Below the pieces are notes generated by a model. That model saw only the letters and a list, made by a program, of their open reading frames with translations, was not told the origin of the DNA and made no database searches. 64,000 nt of DNA from Amoebophrya sp. A120 (taxonomy: Eukaryota > Protista > Dinoflagellata): contig CAJINV010000013.1 in assembly GCA_905178155.1 (NCBI GenBank), forward strand, positions 3,158,158 through 3,222,157, in the 5' to 3' direction. A program made the position numbers and the translations under genes. Below, in pieces: positions 12,501 through 25,600 of the stretch. Numbering within the stretch: position 1 is the stretch's first letter; each line of letters starts with the position of its first letter.

Positions 12501-15500
12501 ATCACCGTTCTGAAACGGGAAATCTCCGGCACCATGCTCTGCGACCTGCTTTGCCGCGGGATCTGCATGAACAAAGGGGACCGAGCGGAGATAGAGGAGA
12601 TACCACGGTCACCCTCCTCCTCTGTTTCCCCAACCGGGAAACCCAAACCCCTCTCCAACTGGAAGCACCTCGGCCCCGACCACACCGACTGCGCGTTGCT
12701 GTCGTTTGCTTTTGAACTGGGCTACGACTACCGGAAATTCACTTCCAACGGCCCGCAGCAGCAGCAAAACGAAAAGAAGAAGAACCGTCCTGGTGTGGTG
12801 TCGAAAAAGAAAAAAACCACCCGGAATTCCTTCACCGTTCGACCTTTCACCAGTGAGAAGAAGCGCGCGACAGTGGTGGTAAGGGATTTGAACATGGGCG
12901 GGCACACGGTTTTTGTGAAGGGGTCCGTGGAAAAAATTCTGCCCTATTGCACGAAGAAACTGAATCTGGATGGGTCCGAATCGTCATTCCCAGCGACGGA
13001 AGAAGAAGACAAGTTGATCCGGAGCGGCATCTTCGGGCACAATTTACTGGATCGAAACTCCGAAAACAACAGCGTGCCCTTTCTGGTCGCGCTGGCTTGC
13101 AGAAGGTATAGTGCGGAAGATCATATGGCCGCCGCTGATGCGAACAACAATTATGGGCAGCAGTCGCAATCCGGGTCAAGTTCTAACTCGAAGGCAAACA
13201 GCGCTGTCTCTGGTGAAAATAACAACGATGAGAATGAAGACAGCTTTGAATGGACGCTGAAACCCGCGGTGAGCAGCAAGAACACAGTTTATTCGAGGCG
13301 GAATTTTTACAACAACGAAACGCGAGTATACCAAGAGCAGCAACTCGACGACGATGACCTTGACGAGCGTCACGGTGGTGTCGTTTTCTCGGAGGCGAAT
13401 AACGGGATAGATTTTTTCCCACCAATAAATTCGGACGATGAAGAGATTCTCACAGAGAATTCCACCATCAACGATTTGTACGACATCGAGACGAATCTGA
13501 CCCTGATCGCGGTTTTGGCAGTTTCCACGCCACTGCGACCCTCGGCGAGACCCGCGGTGGAGAAGTGCAGCAAAGCGGGCGTCGACGTCCGCTTGATAAC
13601 CGGTCTCTCCATGGAGTCCGCGATCATTTGCGCGCGGAACAGTGGGATTTTGAGAAGGGGGATTGACTACAACCCGTGGGACCCAAATATTGTCTCCGAT
13701 CGCGCGGTGTTAACCGCGGAAGAGTTTCGGAAACGAGTACTGGTTTCCACGGGCGGTGGGGGAACAGCAAACCAAGAACAGCACAATGCCGGCGAGGTTC
13801 TTATGGCACTCTCAACTGTTACATTCTCAGCTGTTACATGAATTTGTGATGCAAGAGCGGCAAAATTGAAAGGGGGAAGATTGCGCCTTTTGCATTACAA
13901 ATTCCGCACAGATTTAGGTGCTGTCTAGCCCTGCTTCGTAGATTTGTCATGCGAAGCAGCTTGACCACCTGGCGCCTTGAGGTAATTTTGCATGACAAAT
14001 CATGTAACAGTTGAGAATGTAACGTTTGGGAGCGCCATAGTTCTAGAGGAAACCGAGAAGGTTCTCAACCGCACCGAATTCGACCAGGTGTGGCCGTATT
14101 TGCGGGTCTTGTGCCAGGCGACTTCTTTGGACAAGTACTTGCTAGTGACCGGGATAAAAGACTCGACGTTGTATCAGGACGAGCAGGCGGTTTTGTCCCT
14201 CGGGATTTTCCCGGACAGGCAGGTGGTTGCGGTGACGGGAGAGAGCGTGACCGACGCGGAAATTCTAGAACAGTCCGACATCGGGTTCGTCATGGCAGAT
14301 TCGAACAACTTATCCACAGCTGTGGCGAAGGAGTCCGCGGACATTTTGATCACCACGTCGGAACGAAATCTGGTCCCTGCTGTCACAACTGGTCTGGCGA
14401 GACCTGACGGATCTTTAATAAGAGGAGAGCCGAACAAGACTTCGAACAGTAACAACAAGACAACCAAGCAGCCTGACGGCGGTTTTTCCAGTTTGATGCA
14501 AGCGACGAAGCTTGGGCGGAACGTTTACGAGTGCGTCTACAAATTTCTCCAATTCCATCTTACCACCACTCTAACCGCCTGCATCGTTTTCCTCGGCGGG
14601 GCGGTTACGTCCGGGGGAAGCCCGTTAACCGCGATGCAGCTCCTTTGGATCGCGGTTCTGATAGATGTGCTAGGAGCGGTGGCTTTGGCGTCGGAGCCGG
14701 CGACGGAGGATTTGCTAGAACGGCCGAGCCTGTTTCTCATCAACACCAGCTCCATCAATTCCACTACCAGTAACTTGACCAACGACTCGCAGCTTTTTTC
14801 CGCGCAAATGCTCTACCACATCATTTCCCAAACTCTCTACCAACTCGCAGTTCTCGCCACCATTCTGTTCGGCGCGGGCGACTCCGGACGCGGCGAAACC
14901 TGCGACATGCGGCACCCCTATTTCCCGGCGCGGAACTGCGACGGGTGCGGCGGCTGGTTGGACCTGCCGAGTGGGTTTGACCGGGAGCCCTACGTCGATT
15001 TTCCGACCCAGCACTACACGCTTCTGTTCAACACGTTTGTGTTTTTGCAGGTCTTTAATTTGATCAACTGTAGGAAGATTTACAACGATTGGAACGTGTT
15101 TGCGGCGATCACGAAGAATCAAACGCTGATGCTCATCGTTTCCATCATCGTCATTGTCCAAATCTTCATCGTCGAATCTGGAGCCCTTTTCAACGTGCTG
15201 CTGAATAACGACTTGACCACGGAGCAGGAGAGAACGAACCACCTGATCTGCAAGTCCGTGAACCACGCGTTTCGCACGGTGCACCTTCCGCTCTGGCAGT
15301 GGGGCGTGTCTCTCTCCCTCGCAGCTGGGTGCATTGTGTGGCGGATTTTTTTGGTGGCGCTCGCAAAGTCGAACTTTTTTACTTTGTTCTGGAAAGAGGA
15401 CATTTTTGTCAGCGGTTTTGGAACGATAAGCGGCATCCGCAGGTGGAAGAAGGGCGGATCCTCTACTGCGAGTGGAGGAGCCAATAAGGATGGGAGTGGG

Positions 15501-15746
15501 GGTGGAAATAACAGTGGGAACAACACGGACGGCGTCAGTCAAACCGGTACTGTGGGGAACAGTGAGAGGAACGGCGGCGCGGGGAAGCAGGGGTCAAAAC
15601 GCTTGGCGGAACGCATGAATCTGAACTTGGAAAATTACTTCTCGTTGTCTGGAAAGGGGCGGGAAAGAGAAAGAGCGGCGATACGGCACTTTTTGCTGAC
15701 CTCCTCGTCGAATGGCGGATCCGCTGCGGGGGGCGCTGGCGAGTGA
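9513..15746 (+). CDS. PMCA-like P2B ATPase paralog with degenerate catalytic motifs (probable pseudoenzyme), 2 exons
   Basis: P-type architecture (VVPESLPL, PFTSEKKR, VKGSVE, GRNVYECVYKFLQF, ALASEP, QHYTLLFNTFV). DKTGTLT appears as QKTGFLT, TGDN as TGLS, GDGTND as GESVTD. One introner at 13802-14039. Confidence 0.85.
13802..14039. mobile_element. Introner, 238 bp
   Basis: ~52-bp TIRs tatggcactctcaactgttacattctcagctgttacatg... / ...catgtaacagttgagaatgtaacgtttgggagcgccata; TSD gttct (13797-13801, 14040-14044). Confidence 0.9.
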
Positions 15747-16642
15747 AAATCGTTTATTGTGATCATCACTCACAGATACGCTTACGCATACGGATTTATT
15801 TCACATCGCAACTACTGTGCGAGTGCCGGAAATAAACGAGTTTGAATTGCTATTGCGCCATTTTTGTGTTGGCAGACAAAAATAAACGCATTTCCATTTC
15901 CCTACAGTTTCATGGAAGGAGGTTTCAAGTTTCTGCAGCCCGCTCCACGAGGACCGCATGGAGTGCGATATTGTTGGAGCAGCTGTTGGGCTTGAGTGAG
16001 TCGCGAAAGGAACTACACGCGAGGCTGCTGTAGATAAAGCTCCTCTCATGATATCATAGGAGCGAGCAAAAGAACACGCATCTTGACGTTAATGTAAGTA
16101 AGTGTTAGAGGGAGTTTCAAGTTGGTGGCGTGTTGCAGTTGACCATAGCGGAAGCTGCGACAACTGCAGCAAGGCCACGCAACCCCAGCTTGATCTTCGA
16201 CGTTGAGTAGAATGGCAACTACATGAGAGAAAGACATCGAGCGATTATTACTTTCAGCCGCCGTGTATTTTTCCTGAGCGCTGTAGTTCTTCAAGGTAGA
16301 GAGCACGCGCTGTGTCGAGAGCTAGCACAAAAAAGTTCCAAAAAGCAACAGGGCCCAGATCATACTCGGTCCTTCCTCACAAACCCAAACAACTCTCATT
16401 TTCATCCTCCTTTTCGTACTAAAAACCAAAACACAAATAGGCAGTAACTATTAAATGGCTTGTTGTGACCGCATAGATAAAGATCATGGCTTTACTTAGA
16501 CAAAAGCAAGGAGCACGGGGAATAGCTCCCCTTTATGATCTCTTTCACTAAGCACTTTGCATCGCACAAGCGATTTGCAATTGCGTAACGCGCAATTATT
16601 TTTCTTTTTTCATTTTAAGTAGACTTAGACGCTATTTACAAG

Positions 16643-19600
16643 ATGACAACGTACGGTACTACCGTGTCGCAGTTGCGACAGGTCTTTGAAGGTCGTGACA
16701 ATCCGCAGATGCTCAACGACCTTGGTAACGTAAACGGGATTCTGGAAAAGTTGAAAGTGAACCCAAAGGAGGGCGTCAAGCAGGCGGATGTCGCGGACCG
16801 GCAGCGGGTGTTCGGGGAAAACCGCATTCCCGAGAAGCCGGCACAAACCTACATGCAGATTCTCATCGGCGCGTTTCAGGATTTGACGATCATCATGCTG
16901 ATCTGCGCCGCCGTGGCGTCGTTAATCGTGTGTTTCGCGTTTGAAATACCCGAGCACCCATATTACAGTGAAAAATGCCCCCACCCCCGAACTTGAAAGC
17001 ATTTGTATTGCAAACCTTTCCAAATGAAACACTCGCCCTCTTGCATCTATCAGCATCGCAGGTTTTCAATCGTGAATAGCAAAGATTTGTATTGCAAAAT
17101 GCCCCAGCAAGAGTGGCGCTTGTCATGCAAGCGATGCGATACACGCCTACATTCTGCATCAAAAAGATTCATACTCCTTTCATGCATGACAAAAAGTTTT
17201 CATTTGGAAACTTCGCATCACAAATTTTTGCAATTTAGGGGTGGGGGGCACTTTTCACTGTAATAACCCAGACTCCCTCTGCTGGATCGAGGGGACGGCG
17301 ATCATTGGGACAGTTATTCTGGTATAAGACGCAGAGGCTCAGGCACTGACAGTGCAATGGGTGAAAAGTTTACTACATCGTGCATGTAAAAAGTAGTAGA
17401 GTGAAGGACTGTATTAATTTCTGTTTGCATGCAAAAAACAAGTCTTTTCTTTACCAAAGAGGACAGCGAAACATAAATTTTACGAGGTAACCAACGTGGC
17501 TGCGCTTCAAGATTACCAGAAAGAGCAGCAGTTCCGGAGACTCAACGCCGAGGTCGAGAACATCACCACCAACGTAGTTCGTGACGGCCAGAGAATCGCG
17601 GTGTCCCGATACGATTTGGTTGTCGGGGACATTGTCCGACTTTCCATCGGCGACATTCTGGAAGGCGACGGCGTCTTGGTCGAGGGGTTTGACGTCGAGG
17701 CGGATGAATCCGCGTTAACCGGGGAGCCAATTTTGATCAAGAAAAACCCCGACGCGCCCTTTTTGCTCAGTGGAAGCAGTATACAGAAGGGACAAGGAAC
17801 GTATGTCCTGATTGCGGTCGGGGTAAACAGCGAGAAAGGGAGAATTCAGGCGCTGGTAGAAGAGCGATTTCTTTACATAAAGAAGATGGAGGCCATTTGT
17901 TCGAATCATGTTGTTGCGTCACGTAATCCCGGTCGTTCCAAGCGCACTTTTTCTGTATCCCATCGAATACAAGGAAATAAAACATCATTGTTTCAAAAAC
18001 CTCAGGTCCGTGGGCACAATGTCGCGCTAGCAACCGTGGAAACGGATGACGGTGAGAAAAAAGAGGCGGAGGAAAAGAAAGAGGAGGAAGATATGCAGCT
18101 GGAAATCTGTTGTGAATGTCTTTCTAGTTGATCAAGATGCGGAAGCCGTGGCTACTACCACGGCTTCCGCATCTTGATCTTCGCGGAGTTGTTTTGCAAG
18201 CGTCTATTGTTGCACACGAGAAAGGAAATGCGTTTTCGACCTGTCTTTACCGTACGCTTGAAAAAGACAAGCATGATTTGCATTTGGCATCTCAACAAAA
18301 ATTTCGTTCCCACAACGGAAGAAGAGGAAGAGGAAAAGTCCCTGCTAACGAAGAAACTCGACGACACCGCCGAGCTAATTGGTGTGCTCGCAATGAGAAT
18401 CGCGGGGATTGCGCTCGTCGGAATGGCCTTGAATTGGGTCATCGACCAGGGAGAAGACAGCTTCTCCGACGGAAAGGCCTTGCGCGACGAGGCTATCCAG
18501 TGGGTACGTATGGAAATAAACCGTTCTCTTACTAGTGCTTGTTATGCAAGACGATGTTGCACTGCATTCCTAATCCAATTCCAATGTTGATGTTTTGGTC
18601 ACGCGTTTGAAAGATAAGATGGAAAATCATAAATGCCCACAAAACCACCAGATTATCATGGCCATCACGATCGTCGTGGTCGCCGTCCCTGAGGGTCTTC
18701 CGCTCGCCGTTACATTGGCCCTTTCCCTTTCCGTCGGCCGCATATGAATTGCAAAAATGTCTGGGTCTGGAAGATTGCAACTTGTCATGCTAAATCTGCA
18801 GCATGCAAAAATCTGTGTTGCATGATTACCAAAAGTCGTCCAGTTTTGACCAAGTCGGGAGGTAGTTTCTCATGCAGGATAGGCATTAGAAAGGTCTCGC
18901 AGAATCTGTCATGCTAGGTCCTGCATTCCAGACCTCATGGGTCATGGAAAAGCAGCATGACAAACCTGGCATTTTTCCAGACCCAGACATTTTTACATTT
19001 GATACCGCATGCAGGAGGACGAGTGTTTGGTCAAGCGGCTGGATGCCACCGAAACCATGGGCTCCGCCACCTGCATCTGCACAGACAAGACCGGGACACT
19101 TACGCAGAATCGCATGACGGTGGTGAAGTCGTTCTTCTTCGGCGCGAACGCGGCGGACAACACTGTTCTGACGACCGCGACGGAGACCTGCGGGGCTAAG
19201 TCAAAGCAAGCAATAGCCGCGGATAGCTTCAAGCAAAAGGTGTGCTACGGGATCTGCGCGAACAAGGCCGAGGCGGAGATCGAGTTTGACAAGGTGCTTG
19301 ACCGATGGACACAGATGGGGAACAAAACGGACTGCGCGTTACTTGCCTTCAGTCACGACATGGGATACGACTACAAGGTGTTGGACTTTTCCATGTCCAT
19401 GGCGAAAAAGATCTACCCGTTTTCCTCCATGCGGAAGCGGGCGGGCATCGTGATGCCGCACCCAAGCGGGTCGGGATTCCGGGTGTACGTGAAGGGTGCG
19501 TCAGAGATGATTCTGTCCCTGTGCAGCAAGAAGTGCGACTCGTCAAGCGACGCGGAACAAGAATTCACAGAACAGGAGAAGCGGGAAGTAATCACCAAAG

Positions 19601-22600
19601 TCGTCACACCCTTCGCGAAGCAGTCACTAAGGACAATCGGGCTCGCCTACAGGGACGTGTCCGCGGGCGAGAGTCCGGATTGGGACGCAGTTTTGAGTGC
19701 GGAAGACGCGTCCAGAATCACCGGACAAGCAGCGGAATGTCCGGTCTTTGAGACAGAGGTAAAGTCCCGGTAAATAACTTGTGTGTGCAGCGCATTTGTG
19801 CAAGTATGGTGATTTGCTGTGTCATGCGAAAAAAAAATGCAAACGCCACGAAATGAAAATACACATGATCAAGTAGATGTACAACATGGACAAACACGAG
19901 TCTGCATGTGTGTCCAGAACTTCTTTACAAATGACAAAACAGCTCACATTCCTTGGCCTGGTCGGTATCGAGGACCCACTTCGTCCCACCGTCGAGCCGG
20001 CGATCCGAAAGTGCAACTCCGCGGGCGTTGACGTCCGCATGGTAACGGGCGATAACATTGACACAGCGGTCGCGATCTCCAAGCAGTGCGGGATTCTGCG
20101 GCCGGGCATCGACATCGATGCCAGCTCCGGCGAAGTTTTGAACAACGCCGCGCTGTCCGGGCCGGAGTTTAGGAAGCGAGTGGTCGATAGCAACGGCAAG
20201 ATCAACCAGGAGGAGTTCGACAAAATCTGGCCGACCTTGAGGGTTCTCGCAAGGTCAAGTCCAACAGATAAATACTTGCTAGTGTCCGGTATCATCGAGT
20301 CTGATCTGTTCAAGAACCGGAAAATTTGCGAGGAGACAAAGATCTACCCGGACCGACAAGTGGTCGCCGTCACGGGCGATGGGACCAACGACGCGCCGGC
20401 ATTGAAGCGCGCGGACGTCGGGTTTGTGATGGGGTTAAGCGGGACGAGCGTCGCAAAAGACGCGGCGGACATTGTCATCACAAACGACGACTTTTCCTCC
20501 ATTGTCGAGGCGTGCAAATGGGGCCGGAACGTGTACGATTGCATCAGCAAATTCTTGCAATTCCAACTGACCGTGAACATCGTCGCGGTGACCCTGGCGT
20601 GCACGGGGTCGTTTGTGGACCGCGAATCACCCCTGCGAGCCGTGCAGATGTTGTGGGTGAACTTGATTATGGACTCGCTAGGGGCTTTGGCGTTGGCAAG
20701 TGAGCCACCAGTGCCAGAACTGCTGGAACGACCACCGTATGGGAGGAACAAACCGTTGCTCAGCTTTCAAATGAAGTACTTTGCTGATTTTTTGTGTGCT
20801 TTGCCTCCGTCATGCGATGCAGCAAGTACCAGAAAACGAAAACCTAAGGCTAGGCTATCTTTGTCATGCGGAAAGTGTATATAGTGAAAGTGAAGGTAGG
20901 AAAAGTGAAGCCATTGCTCGATGCCTGTGCGAAAATTTTGTCAGGTTCAACATGTTTGGGCAAGCCATTTACCAGCTCATTGTCCTCTTTGTACTTCTTT
21001 ACGCCGGTGCCGGAGCCGAGAAGGGCGACAAGAAGCCCGCGGAGGGACAAGCAAGGAGGTTTTTTATGCCATCTGAAGTCGACAACAGCGGAAGCGACTA
21101 CGACGTGTGGCACTGTGACGCCAGGGAATACAAGCAGGAGTACTACCAGAAGGCGTTTCCCACGCAGTCGGCGTCATCACCTCAAACAGACGCCCAAATC
21201 GACGCCGCCCTGGCACCCTATGGCGGGCTCTGCAGCAATTGCGGAGGCTTTCTCGACATTCCAAATGGTACTACATCAGGCTGCAGTTGTTGTAATTGAA
21301 GGTATGGTTTGTGTGATAAGGAGGCAACACGGGCCTAGCGAAGCGGCCCGGGTAGCCGACGCGGGAACACAAAGCGGATTTTTATAAGGAGATACTCCCT
21401 TCCCCACCGGTCGACGTTGTTACGGTCCCGGGAAGACCTAAAACTCGACCCAAAGTAATTCAAGTCAGCTCTCAAGTGAGTTTTTTTTTTTCAAGCGGCC
21501 TGCTGCCGCGCGTTTTTTCCAAAATGACAGTAAAAATGTATTCGCGAATGCGCCCTGCGGTGTGGTCTTCATCTCCTCCTCTCAAAAGTAGTTCCTCACG
21601 TCAAGTTTCAAGTGAAATTTTTTCAAGCGGCCTGCTGCCGCGCTTTTTTTTCAAAATCACAGTAAAAAATGTATTCGCGAATGCGCCCTGCGGCGTGGTC
21701 TTCATCTCCTCCTCTCAAAAGTAGGTCCTCACCTCCTTCAATTCGCCTGAGCGGTCAAAGCAAGTTTCAACTTGTCATACACTCAACATGCCCTGAGGCA
21801 CTGTAGTGGCCCGGCCACCTTTCCTTTCCTCTATTCCCTCTGAGAAAGCAAAGCTGTAGCGATCGCCTGTCTGACACGATCGCGCTTCTACTGAGCCTGC
21901 TGCTATTTCTTCACTTTGGCACCACGGTTGCACTCATCTACTAGTTTCAGATCTTCTTATCGCATGTGCGACAAGGGACAACGAAGAGCCCGAGCCCGAA
22001 AGGTGCCCCGTGGAGGGGCGGCCGTGGTAGGCCTCGCACAGGCCTATGTCCTGGCGCGGCCATCAATCAGGCTTCATTCCCAACATGACGGCGCGCTGAG
22101 CGTCAGTGCGACTGCAAGTACAAACAACCCAACGCACTCGCACCCCAGCGTGAGGAATTCGTCGGCCCGCCGCTGGGGTCAGTTCTTGGACCTGTGTTTT
22201 TTTTCCAACATTGTGTTGATGCTCCTGGGGGCGACGGAACAGAATAGGGCTGTCCTTACTCATGTGGTGTCCTCCCTGAATTTTGTAGACGATTTCACCT
22301 TAGCGGCACTGCAGCTCTCGGGCATAGCGACAGGGCCCGCGTCTACTCACCTGCAGCAAGTTGAAGCTGTTGGAAATAGTGACGGCGTTACTTCGTCCGG
22401 GGCTTCTGCCATGTGAATTTTTGCAAGGGGTTTGCTTTTTCTCCCGGCTCTACAAACTACAAGTTTTTCTAGGCCCGGCCTTCACAAAATATCAACTACT
22501 TACATTTGATAGCTTCAAGTGCACTGGCTTGGCTCTACGCCCGCCGTTGGCCGTCCTATGTCTAGGGTCCCTCACTCTGTGCTGCGGCATGAGTGAGCGT

Positions 22601-25600
22601 ATCAACATAGGGTGGGCGATTTTTCCGCTACACAACGCATATTAGTTCGGGCGCGCGTCGGGCCTGTGCCGGTGCCCGTCCAATAGTTGGCGCCACTATT
22701 TCAAGTGAGGACGAAGACACTGCGTCTATCGGTTGTGATGGGTGGCAGTATTAGTGTGTAGACCTTGTGGGACTGACGCCCAAGCTCTTAACCGTTGCAG
22801 TGTGCATCAGGCTGCAGTTGTTGTAATGACACATCTACCCTGGTAGAACCTTTTCGTGGAGTGACTGGAGGGAGTTTCCCCCCGTCCGTTTTTGTATATG
22901 GGCTGGCAGATCCCTAGAAGCTAATGCCTGGAGTTGTTGGTCTTCCACCCCTCTGAGTGGGGTCGGGGAAGGAGCCAACGCGGACGTAGTCCGCAGGTTT
23001 CGCTGGATAGTTTGCTTTGTGATGGATTCACATCGTTCTCGCGTTCTAATGAATGGTAGCTCATGTGCTCAGAGTGCACCGCAGTGCCATTCCGCCACTG
23101 AGGGCGCTTCCCAGCGGGGAAAGGTGATTTAGGAGGATTGCGTTCTAATGAATGGTAGCTCATGTGCTCAGAGTGCACCGCAGTGCCATTCCGCCACTGA
23201 AGGCGTTTCCCAGCGGGGAAGGGTGATTTAGGACGTTTTCGCTTTAATGGATGGTAGCTCATGTGCTCAGAGTGCACCGCAGTGCCATTCCGCCACTGAG
23301 GGCGCTTCCCAGCGGGGAAGATGGGTGTCAGGATGGTTTTGCGGTTTTTGCAACTAGTAAGTGGATCAGGAGGTGGATGTACTAAGATGCCTACTCATGG
23401 ATATTTCTGTTTTTCGAGCCCGTGGAGATATGGGTTGTTCTCTGTTTTCGCTCCTCATTAGGGCAGGATGTTTCATTCCGAGCTCTGGCCCTCAAGCTCG
23501 GGGTCCTAGATGGGCTGGCTGGAGTTTGTTTTTGTTCGCGCTTCTAGGGAATATGCGGCAGTGCTGGAGAGCATTATGGTGCTGCTCAGGGTGCAAGGCG
23601 GCTTTTGCTCGCCCTTCGATATGTGGCGGGTTTTTCAACTTACTTACTACCTACTACTCCGAGTAAGGGCAGGAGGCTCCGAAGCCTCGTTTGGGAAGCC
23701 CTGTCGGGGACAGATACCTCGCTGTGCTGGTTTTTAGCTTGAGAGCAGCTACTCCCCTGCCGGGTCGCGTCTCTACTCCTTTTTACACCAGAGCGGCTTC
23801 GCTTCGTCCTCGGTCTCAATGGGTCAGTAGTATAGTGCTGCGCGGGGTTGTCAGCGAGTGTACAAAACCTCCAGCCGGGAGCGCATGGGTCGAGTGCTAG
23901 AGGCTTTGCACTTAGGGATACGAGGTGGCGGGGCTCGCCGCAGTTCTATGGGCGATTGTTTTTGCTAGAGTTGGCCCTGTTGACGGCGGTGAGGATACTT
24001 ACTTTGTTTCGGATGCGCGTATAGCTTGCATCCCGTTCTTGGGGGCGCGGAGTCAGTGTCTATTCTATCCTGTCTGTTGGCCGTTTCGATAGATTTTAGG
24101 CTGGGGCCTGGGTCATTTTACACATTGGAAGTTTTCCGCTCAGGGGCCTGTAGTGCTACCCTCTGCTTCGCTTTGTTGATACTGCGGTCTAGTGCATGCC
24201 GTTTCGCGGTGGAGCTTCCCGGTCCTGGGGCACTTCTGTTTTCGGAAGGTTGGCTAGATGCCTCACAGCGCTGGCACTTATCTCGGCGGCTGCCTTTTTC
24301 TTTTACTTTTTCGGATTGGCCTTACAGTCTCATCTGCACCACACCAGGGGAGCTCCGCTCTGTCCTCGGTCTCGCCTTGCTTTGGGAACAGGGGTCGTTT
24401 GGCACTGGCGGTACCCAATCCGTTACCCTTGCGAACTTGTTCCCTGGCTGGGGCTGGTGGTTTGGTGTCTCCTTCGTTCGCCCTCTGTTTTTGTCCATTC
24501 TCCCGCCGCTTGCCGCAATTCCGGCCCGCGGTCTTCTGCTAGTTTGCGCATCGCCATCAGTTTTCTCCGCCCGTGCCGGCGGGCTTTCCCGGGACGGGAA
24601 GTGAGTGGCGTTTTTCTCTTGGCATTGAAGGACTTTCTTTTTCGCAGTTTGGGAGTGGCTTTTGGGCTTGTGTTGTATGTCTTGCCACCTCGCTTGGGCC
24701 GGGTGCTATCTGTTCCCCGGAGGTATCAATCCTTTCTACGTTTTGCGGCTCGCCACGAGGGGACGGCGGTTCGGCGCTTTCATTGCAGTGCTCCTCTTGC
24801 GGGTTTTTGGTCTTAGAGTGTATCGCGTTTTGTGTTTATCTTGGTATCGATGGGCTCCCCCTCAGTGGTTTTCCGTGTCGGCTAGGGGCCGTGTCCGACT
24901 TTTGTGCCTTGCGGGCAGTTGTCTCATCAGGTCCAGGGCGCAGAGCCTTTCGCGCGGGTTTTTGGAGTTTATCAAGAGGACGCTACGTGGGAGTTGGGTG
25001 GATCCCTTCTGGGGAATTGCCTGTTGCTTGCTGCTGGAATGTGGGGGGTTCGAGTGCTTGCTGTTCCCCGGTGGTATCCTTTCTACATTTTGCGGCTCGC
25101 CACGAGAGGGTGGTGGGCCGGCGCTTTTGATGCAGTATATCTTGTGCGGGATTTTGGCCTTAGAGTCCATCGTGGTGCGTGTCTATCTTGGTGTCTATGC
25201 GTTTTCCCTCAGGGGTTTTTCCGTGTCGGCTAGCGGCCGTGTCCGGGTTTCCTCGACATTCCAAATGGTACTACATCAGGCTGCAGTTGTTGTAATTACG
25301 GATGCACCTCGGTGCATCATTTTCGCGTAAGTGACGGAAAGGACGAGACTCCTATGGAAAGGGCTAGCAGATCCCTGGTAAGCTAATGCAAGGCGGCACG
25401 ACTGGACCCGCAATTGAGGCGGGGGTCGTGCCAAGGTTGGTTTTTCTTTCGATTGGCTGGACCCAGTCTAGGTTGACTGGGGGTCGATGTAGGTTTGCCA
25501 CGGCAATGGCCTGAGTTGGCGGCGCGACGACTGGACCTGGTCCTGGTGAGGTGACTGGGGGTCGGGATCGCTCAGATTCTTCGGTGAAAAGGCCAGGCGG

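Noticed and set aside
24026-25330. Several overlapping 185-222-aa + strand ORFs in module B
   Set aside because: Open in all three frames because the DNA is A-poor; no motifs and repeat-derived.
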